Origin: Octopus vulgaris
Taxonomy: Eukaryota
Length of the DNA: 64,000 bases
Reading direction: 5' to 3'
NCBI GenBank assembly: GCA_951406725.2
Contig: OX597822.1
Location: forward strand, 83,514,001 to 83,578,000
Position 1 is the stretch's first letter. The number at the start of each line of letters is the position of its first letter. The notes beneath the pieces were generated by a model, which had not been told where the DNA came from, made no database searches, and was given only the letters and a program-made list of their open reading frames with translations. The position numbers and the translations under genes were made by a program. Shown piece after piece: positions 56,211 through 64,000 of the stretch.

Positions 56211-56775
56211 TAGTTTGGCTCAGGTTCGGTTATATTACTGGTAGGAATTATATAGATAATGGGTTACTGGCTTTCATCTTAGGTATCCACAAGTTTTCAG
56301 CAGTCTTTCAAGTTCATAGGACCCTCCTGATAATCCTTGCTGTCCGTAAGAGACAAACTTTCTGTAGGAGCTCTACCGAGCATTCTATTTCAATCTCCTT
56401 CAGCCATTTGTCTATATCTTGACTTACTGTTCCCAACACACCAAGTATTATAGTCATAACCTTTACTGTTCACATGCTTCAAATTCTTTCTTTTTCAAAC
56501 TTTAAGGGATTGTTTTATATTTTTGCTTCTCTTCCTCTTTCTTTACAATCCTGGAATCAAACGGGCGTGATTGGTCGATACGAAAACAACTTCGCATTTC
56601 CTTATCTATAAGTGTTATGTCTGGTCTATTATTTTCTAACTTCTTGTCCATTTGAATAAGAAAGTCCCACAAAATCTTACATTTCTCTGACTCCAGTACT
56701 CTTTCAACTCGATGATTGTACCATGTGTTTCCAGGTTCAAATCCCCATTTCTGGCAAAGTCACCAGTGTATAAAT
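56211..56775 (-). mobile_element. Second R4/Dong-type subfamily, endonuclease 3' fragment
   Basis: minus: RVLESEKCKILWDFLIQMDKKLENNRPDITLIDK...IILGVLGTVSQDIDKWLKEI..LLQKVCLLRTARIIRRVL*. Confidence 0.9.
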
Positions 56776-56779
56776 TTTA

Positions 56780-57398
56780 CTACCTTATAAAGGTAGCTTT
56801 TGCAAATTTTTCGAGGCCAAATTGCATCCAGTTGTCATCACTGAATTGTTTAACAATTTCTAGTAAGTCCTGTATTAGTCGGTCATTTTTTTGCAAAGCG
56901 CTTTAAATCATACGTGTAAAGAGATGATTTATATTTTTATCAAACATTTTATAGCCACACTGTACATCATTGGGCAATTTCGAGAGAGGTATTAAGGCTA
57001 CACAAAAGAGGAGTGGTGATAGAGAGCCACCCTGGAAAATGCTACATGAAATTCTTACATCTCCAGCATTGAGAGATTCATTGTCACTGTTCAAAGTCAG
57101 TGTGGTTTTCCATGATTTCATACTTACACACAAGAAGTTTCGCTGAGTAGGTGCTGTTTTATACATTTCTAGACATTTCTTAAACCAGCAATGTGGTGGA
57201 CTACGCAGACTATCGATAAGTTTTTGTATAGTTTGTGACAATCTTTCAAGTTCATATTATTAATGAGTAGCTGATCCAGGCATTTCTTTATCCAGCTATG
57301 TGGTAGGCTATCAAAAGCCTTTTTATAGTCTATCCAGGCTATTGATAAGTTTTTGTGTCGTTTGTAACAATCTTCTAAGATCATCTTATTGGTGAGTA
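56780..57398 (-). mobile_element. R4/Dong-type reverse transcriptase fragment with internal duplication
   Basis: minus: KNLSIAWIDYKKAFDSLPHSWI, IFQGGSLSPLLFCVAL, NINHLF (YxDD frameshifted), FGLEK; bounded by (TAA)n at 57400-57440. Confidence 0.9.
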
Positions 57399-57443
<45 letters not shown>

Positions 57444-58270
57444 TTCAATTATGGTATTTACGTCTCGCTTTCCAGATTCGAGTATCTACCGAGTCATACA
57501 ACAACAAAATGTGTTTATTTAACGCAATTACATATACTTTTATTTGTTTGTATTTATTTTCCTGTTTGGAGAAAAATATATATTTACGAAGTAAATATTT
57601 AAATTTTCATTGGTAAACAAGAGCCGATCTTTCAAAAGGACCCTCTTAGACTTTCGAACCAGACTGATCAAATATGTTTTCACTGACATTATACAGAAGA
57701 CAATTCATAAAAGGTCAAAACAATCTTAATACACTCAACTTGAAAGGAAACAACAGTGACATCTACTTCATTGAAACTGTTTCTAGGCACTCGTTTCATC
57801 ACATAATACACACACGTACACACACATATACACCACACACACACACGGAAATATTTTGCCGTGAGGGAATATTTGTGGAAATTGAACTGGTTTCACAAGC
57901 ATGGCTGCAGGCGAGCAATTGTCGAATAACAAATCATATCCAGAGAAGACGGCAAAGCGTGGCAGTGTTTATACATTCCTGTCTAAGGATTTAAACCAAA
58001 CGAAGTGTTATACACCTATTTCACAAAAAGGGATTACGTCTGCCGTTAAGAGAGGAGTGGCGAAAGGGAAGACCTAGTTGGTGTATGAGGTTTTATTCAG
58101 TCCATCTATCGAGTTAAAGCCCTCAGAATTGTCGGCAAAAATGTATGTTGGTGCACCACACAACAACCTAGAGGCCATGTGATCGTAACTCCTTTTGTAG
58201 TGCTTTTGGGTACATTATTATTATAATTATAATTATTATTATTATTATTATTAATATTATTATTGTTATT

Positions 58271-58340
<70 letters not shown>

Positions 58341-58361
<21 letters not shown>

Positions 58362-58655
58362 TATGTTTGACTTTTGCTTTACATTCGTACGCGTTGCCTC
58401 CAAGTCTCACCCAGTTACCTCAAGAGACAACAGGTTGGAAGTCCATGTTGTTGTTACGCCTAGTGTGCCATATATTTGGTTTTGTATTTGGTGTTGTACT
58501 AGTGAATGTCTATAAAAAAAACAAAAAAAAATAATTTTTTTTATAACTTGAGATTACATAGAAAGTATTTTGCGTAGGATATGAGCAGTTCCCATGAGCA
58601 CTATCTTTTGAATTTCTGCCATTTTTGGGTTTCCTGGTATCTGAGTTAGGTAGCA
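58341..58655 (-). mobile_element. Third R4/Dong-type subfamily, extreme 3' end plus ~210-bp UTR, (TAA)n tail
   Basis: CYLTQIPGNPKMAEIQKIVLMGTAHILRKILSM*, near-identical to 63860-63964. Confidence 0.88.
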
Positions 58656-59058
58656 ACTACTACTACTACTACTACTACTACTACCATCATCATGATCATC
58701 ATCATCATCATCATGGTGACAGCAAGGAACTGATTGAATCATTAGCACAATATCTTGTGCCCAAGTTTCTGTGCAAGTCCAACACATAATTCGGTAGGAC
58801 GTGAAATCTTGAATTGTACGGATGCTGCTGTCTGCTAATTTTCCCGAAGGAGGACTGAGTATGACAAACACGACTTAAGTGAACGGATGTGCATACAGTA
58901 TGGACTTTGAAGCTGTGGAACGCAGCTGAGAGAGAGAGAGAGAGAGAGAGGAAAAGAGAATGTTGCCGTTGAGAGTAGCATTATTCCTGGTTCCTTGACA
59001 TTCCCTGATTAGTATCGCATGCGTGTCTTTATATTCCAAAATTTTGTGTCTATATATA

Positions 59059-59224
59059 GGCGCAGGAGTGGCTGTGTGGTAAGTAGCTTGTTTACCAACC
59101 ACATGGTTCCGGGTTCAGTCCCACTGCGTGGCACCTTGGGCAAGTGTCTTCTGCCATAGCCTCGGGCCGACCTAAGCCTTCTAAGTAGATTTGGCAGATG
59201 GAAACTGAAAGAAGCCTGTCATAC

Positions 59225-59271
<47 letters not shown>

Positions 59272-59491
59272 TGTCTGTGTTTGTGTGTCTCTGTTTGTCC
59301 CCCTAGCATTGTTTGACAACCGATGCTGGTGTGTTTACGTCCCCGTTCAATAGCGGTTCGGCAAAAGAGACCGATAGAATAAGTACTGGACTTACAAAAG
59401 AATAAGTCCCGGGGTCGAGTTGCTCGATTAAAGGCGGTGCTCCAGCATGGCCGCAGTCAAATGACTGAAACAAGTAAGAGTAAAAAGAGAG
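59059..59491 (+). mobile_element. Family-A tRNA-derived SINE, full length (reference copy)
   Basis: A box tggctgtgtgg, B box gggttcagtccc, internal (TA)n, tail gactgaaacaagtaagagtaaaaagag. Confidence 0.95.
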
Positions 59492-59944
59492 TATATTTGT
59501 GTTGGGACTTAAAACTCATATTTTCCAAACCCGATACAAGTAACAGTTGGTTACTCTTTCCTGTAATACTTCTCCCCCCACTCATCCACCCACTGTGCTT
59601 GTAGCAATAACAAATAAATTATTTTTCTTAGCACTTTTGCTGCTTTCTGTTATTGGTGTCTAACCTGAATAACCTATGTAACTCAACTGAATTGCGGATA
59701 GAAAACATTATCACACTTCCAGGCTCTCAGATAATATTTTCCATTAATTTTTCGGAAAAAAGGTCAAGATACCATGCGAAACAGTTTATTAGAGTAATAA
59801 GTACACACACAAACATGCGCGCACACACACAGAAAGACAAACACACACGCATACATACATACACATAAACACAAACATTTAGATATATGTTATACATTAT
59901 ATATATTATAGCATATATATATGTGTGTGTGTATATATACATAT

Positions 59945-60358
59945 ACTCTTTCTCTTTACTCATTTACTTGTTTCAGTCATTTGACTGCGGCCATGCTGGA
60001 GCACCGCCTTTAGTCGAACAAATCGACCCCGGGACTTATCCTTTGTAATCCCAGTACTTATTCTATCGGTCTCTTTAGCCGAACCGCTAATTGACTGGGA
60101 CGTAAACACACCAGCATCGGTTGTCAAGCGATGTTAGGGGGACAAACACAGACACACAAAAACACACACACATACATATATATATACATATATACGACAG
60201 GCTTCTTTTAGTTTCCGTCTACCAAATCCACTCACAAGGCATTGGTCGGCCCGGGGGCTATAGCAGAAGACACTTGCCCTAGATACCACGCAGTGGGACT
60301 GAACCCGGAACCATATGGTTGGTTAGAAAGCTACTTACCACACAGCCACTCCTGCGCC
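59945..60358 (-). mobile_element. Family-A SINE, full length
   Basis: reverse complement of 59059-59491; the two copies face each other ~450 bp apart. Confidence 0.95.
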
Positions 60359-60406
60359 TATTCACGCACACACACATACACACACATACATACACATACA
60401 CACACG

Positions 60407-60473
<67 letters not shown>

Positions 60474-60487
60474 GTTAATGTTTGGCG

Positions 60488-60561
60488 TAACCGCTGATGA
60501 GAACTTCGCCTTGTAAATTAATTTATTTGCTAATTACAGTTCGAAATCTAAGCTCCGGCTA
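60488..60561 (+). ncRNA. Hammerhead motif in a (TA)n-flanked ~245-bp unit (60473-60718)
   Basis: UAACCG CUGAUGA GAACU...AGUUC GAAA UCUAAGC UC/ CGGCUA; canonical G10.1:C11.1; stem III one change from AGCU.AGCU. Confidence 0.75.
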
Positions 60562-61166
60562 TAAAACATGGTAATTTTTATTTTTTTATTTTTCATTCCT
60601 TTGAAATTGCTCTTAACTGTGATTTTGATTTTTTGACTGTTCCTTCTAGCATGTAGGGTGACCTGTTAAGGCTCACCTCTTTTTGTGTTTAAATGTACAC
60701 TTATTTTCATATGAAAAAATATATATATATATGAATATATGTATGTATGCACGTACATACATAGAAATATGTGCAAACATAAGTTCTTATCCAATGTACG
60801 TGGCTGATCCAACCTCAGGATTGTTCCAGGAATGATGTTTGGATAAAGAACACAAGTGTTTAAATATTTACAACGGCTGTTTCAGCAGCATTATTTGCTG
60901 ACGACTTCTTCGATTACGTCATGCAAAAAATTTGCGCACAACACGTGAATACAAAATTACAATCACATAGAAAATTCGAATTGACCTGCTTGGTAACTGC
61001 TTAGCACGACATATATATCTGTGTGTGTATGTGAGTATGTGTGGCGTCTGTGTGTATGTGTGCGAGTGGGATGAGTGCGCTAGTGTGTATATTATAAATA
61101 TAAAAAACGCAAGCTGAAAAACCATATTCACACAAACACACACAAACACACACAGACGCACATACG

Positions 61167-61226
<60 letters not shown>

Positions 61227-61377
61227 GAAAAAAGAATTGTCACTTACAGTTTGATAGTAAAGTATTTCTCTCGCTTTCTATTGGATATCCTTTTCGCTTA
61301 ATATCTACAAAACATAAACAGGGATAAAACAATGTCAGATGAATAATAAAGGAAGTAGTTTTTGTAACGAGAGCCAC

Positions 61378-61418
<41 letters not shown>

Positions 61419-62405
61419 TATTATTATTATTGATATTATCCTTATATACACTCTACAATGTATATTAAACGTTTTTATAAGTCAACAGTTCTACTGTGTT
61501 AGCAGTGCTATCACATCACTTGTTAAAATTATCTCTGCAGATTTCCAATAGAAATAATGGCCACCTCTGATTTTCTTACAACCTTTCGTATTTTCGTATC
61601 CGAGACGCTTAATGTAAACCACAACGAGATCGAAGATAAAAAAAAATGGGTAATGGGCGTATATACCATTCTACAAACTCTTTGCTTAAGCAGCCACTAA
61701 ATACAGTGCTGTAACGTGACCTGAAGCTGGTATGTAAATATTAATGACTTGTAGGAACAGCGAGTTTGGCTATTTGTATCGGTTTTCTTTGGTTCTGAGA
61801 TATTTCTGGAGACTTATGGTAGATGTTTTTATTGTAGTTGTCTAGCTTATAGTGCTTTTGAAGAATATATATATTCTAACACCGGGTTGTTCGCATCGCT
61901 ATAACTAAATGGAATATTGACATAAAACACACACACGCACACGCTTGCACACATGGACACGCATACACACACACACAAACACACACATATAAAATATGAA
62001 TGCAGTGTATTTTAGTTGAAGTTTTGCTACTACGTTTCCATAGCATTGCTTTTACATAATTGTATTGTACATAACACATTAATGAAGAAATGTTATGGAA
62101 ACATGAGTCGCATAATTCAACAAAATCCACGCTATTCATAATCTTTTATTATTTTTGTACCGCATTAAATGTGCATTGTGTTGCTACACCCATCAGATTT
62201 GCGAAGTGCTTAATATCATTTAACTACATAATATTGCCTGGTTTGTTCTGTTGATTGGATGATACATTGGAAATATGACTGTTATTCCTCCAGAGTACCG
62301 TGTTAGACAAATACACAGTGCAGTGCTACTGAGTTATTTGCCACGATCATTGAGATACCCGTTACTTTACACTCACTCACTCATACACACACAGACACAC
62401 ACATA

Positions 62406-62440
<35 letters not shown>

Positions 62441-63079
62441 TCATACATATATATATATATATGTATGTCGATGTACAATAGTATACTAAAGCTTTATGTA
62501 CATCTGCTGACTCATTTTCAATTCTTGAGAGGAAAAAGACGTTTTGTAAATATGTGATAATCCATCTGTGTTAGAAAATGATAATATAAAACTACAATGA
62601 AACTTCAGTGTCCAGATAAACCACTGGATAGAACATAAGAACCCTCACATAATTTTTCCTTTGCTAAAATGGCAATTATTGACTAATAGTCGATTTAGGA
62701 ATACCGAATTACTATTATTACGCTTTGTAGAAGCGAGTTAGAATCATATCCGTTAAAGAATACATCAATGGTCGACTTTGAAACCGATTCAACGGCGATG
62801 ATGCATAACCATGTATGATTAGGCCACTAATCAAAGCCTCTATTCTTGCAAATCTGCTCTTAAGGTGTCCCTAAATCCCTGTGTAGTTCGTTTACATAAT
62901 CCATTAATTCATCACTCGTTATACGAAAAACTGTGATGAATCAAACTAACACATAAACAACCAATACATAAGTAAATAAAACAACTTATATAACACAAGG
63001 AAATGACAAAATCGCAAACTTTGTTTTTAGTTGTTTAAAAGTCATGTATTAAAGTTCTAGAATGAATATTTATTAACCT

Positions 63080-63340
63080 CTTGAAATTTACTAAACTCAC
63101 ACGTAAGTGGTTTAGTATGGAGAAAAGCTTATTTCCCAGACAAAAGAAATGGCAATCAAGTCAAATCTACAGATCCATAGTCTGACTATTGACTTCTTAA
63201 AAATAAAAAAAAACTCAATACAATTTCAGAGTATGAATATCCACGGGTATAAGATAACTCATCAGAACGGAAAGAAAAAGGAAAGGCGTCTGACCATAGA
63301 TTCGACTGACAACCAGAAAACGTTTGATACTATTTGGAGA
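63080..63340 (+). mobile_element. Very decayed R4/Dong-type RT fragment
   Basis: KITHQNGKKKERRLTIDSTDNQKTFDTI aligns loosely to KMILEDCYKRHKNLSIAWIDYKKAFDSL. Confidence 0.4.
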
Positions 63341-63738
63341 CTTTCTATGCAAGGACCTTGGTATTTAAAAGAAAAATACACGTGGAGATGTAAAAGAAAA
63401 AAGAAAACTCGATCTCCCGCAACATACAAACATGCCTAACAAGAAGACAATAACGAATGACAATTGCAGCCACTGAAAATTCATCTCATATAGAATTGCT
63501 TGATTACAGGTGTAAAGGTGGAATTAAAACTCGCAGCTCGGTTATGCATTGTAAACATACAACAGAAATTAATGTTTCGAAACGGTAATGGAAAAGATGA
63601 CGATGATGGTTTCTTTAATAATTTTAATAATAATTTTAATAACAACAACAACAACAGCAGCAGCAACAGTAACAACAACAACAACAACAACAATAATAAT
63701 AATAATAATGATGAGGGTGAGGGTGATGATAATAATAA

Positions 63739-64000
63739 GACCTACCAAAAACTGAGCAAGTATAAAGATCTTGAAATAGAAATTAGCAAAATGTGGAACC
63801 TGAAGACTAAAACAATACCTATTGTCATAGGTGCCCTAGGAATAATAGAAAAAGGGGATGATTGCTACCTAGCTCAGATACTAGGATACCCCAGAAATGC
63901 AGAAATTCAAAAGATAGTGCTCATGGGAACTGCCCATATCCTACGTAAAATACTGTCTATGTAATCTCAAATTTTGAAACAAACTCATAATTCTCTTATG
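63739..64000 (+). mobile_element. R4/Dong-type 3' fragment after an (AAT)n/(AAC)n tract, runs off the window
   Basis: YQKLSKYKDLEIEISKMWNLKTKTIPIVIGALGII..EIQKIVLMGTAHILRKILSM*. Confidence 0.9.

Noticed and set aside
63500-63964. 154-aa ORF with poly-N as a host gene
   Set aside because: Chance fusion of an AAT/AAC microsatellite with a Dong-type retrotransposon C-terminus

Overview
AT-rich, microsatellite-saturated eukaryotic non-coding DNA with no host exon I can support. The tRNA-derived SINE families look like those I recall from octopus (coleoid cephalopod) genomes; that assignment is from memory, not a search. Nearly all listed ORFs are microsatellite artefacts. Real content: (1) about 25 SINE copies from four families; (2) decayed LINE pieces (several R4/Dong-type restriction-like-endonuclease elements in (TAA)n, plus RTE, CR1/L2-like, L1/Tx1-like and Hero-like); (3) mariner, Tc1 and pogo relics; (4) many TA-flanked fold-back elements. 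The main observation is a dense, diverse set of minimal type-I hammerhead ribozyme motifs, about 9 clear and several decayed. They share the CUGANGA/GAAA/UH core but have unrelated stems and different self-complementary stem-III palindromes, and one has a compensatory G3:C8 core. Most lie 85-280 nt upstream of an end that abuts (TA)n, inside short non-coding units, one of them a 1.3-mer tandem. This fits a family of Penelope-derived or retrozyme-like RNAs that target microsatellites. All folds were paired by eye; none is tested.
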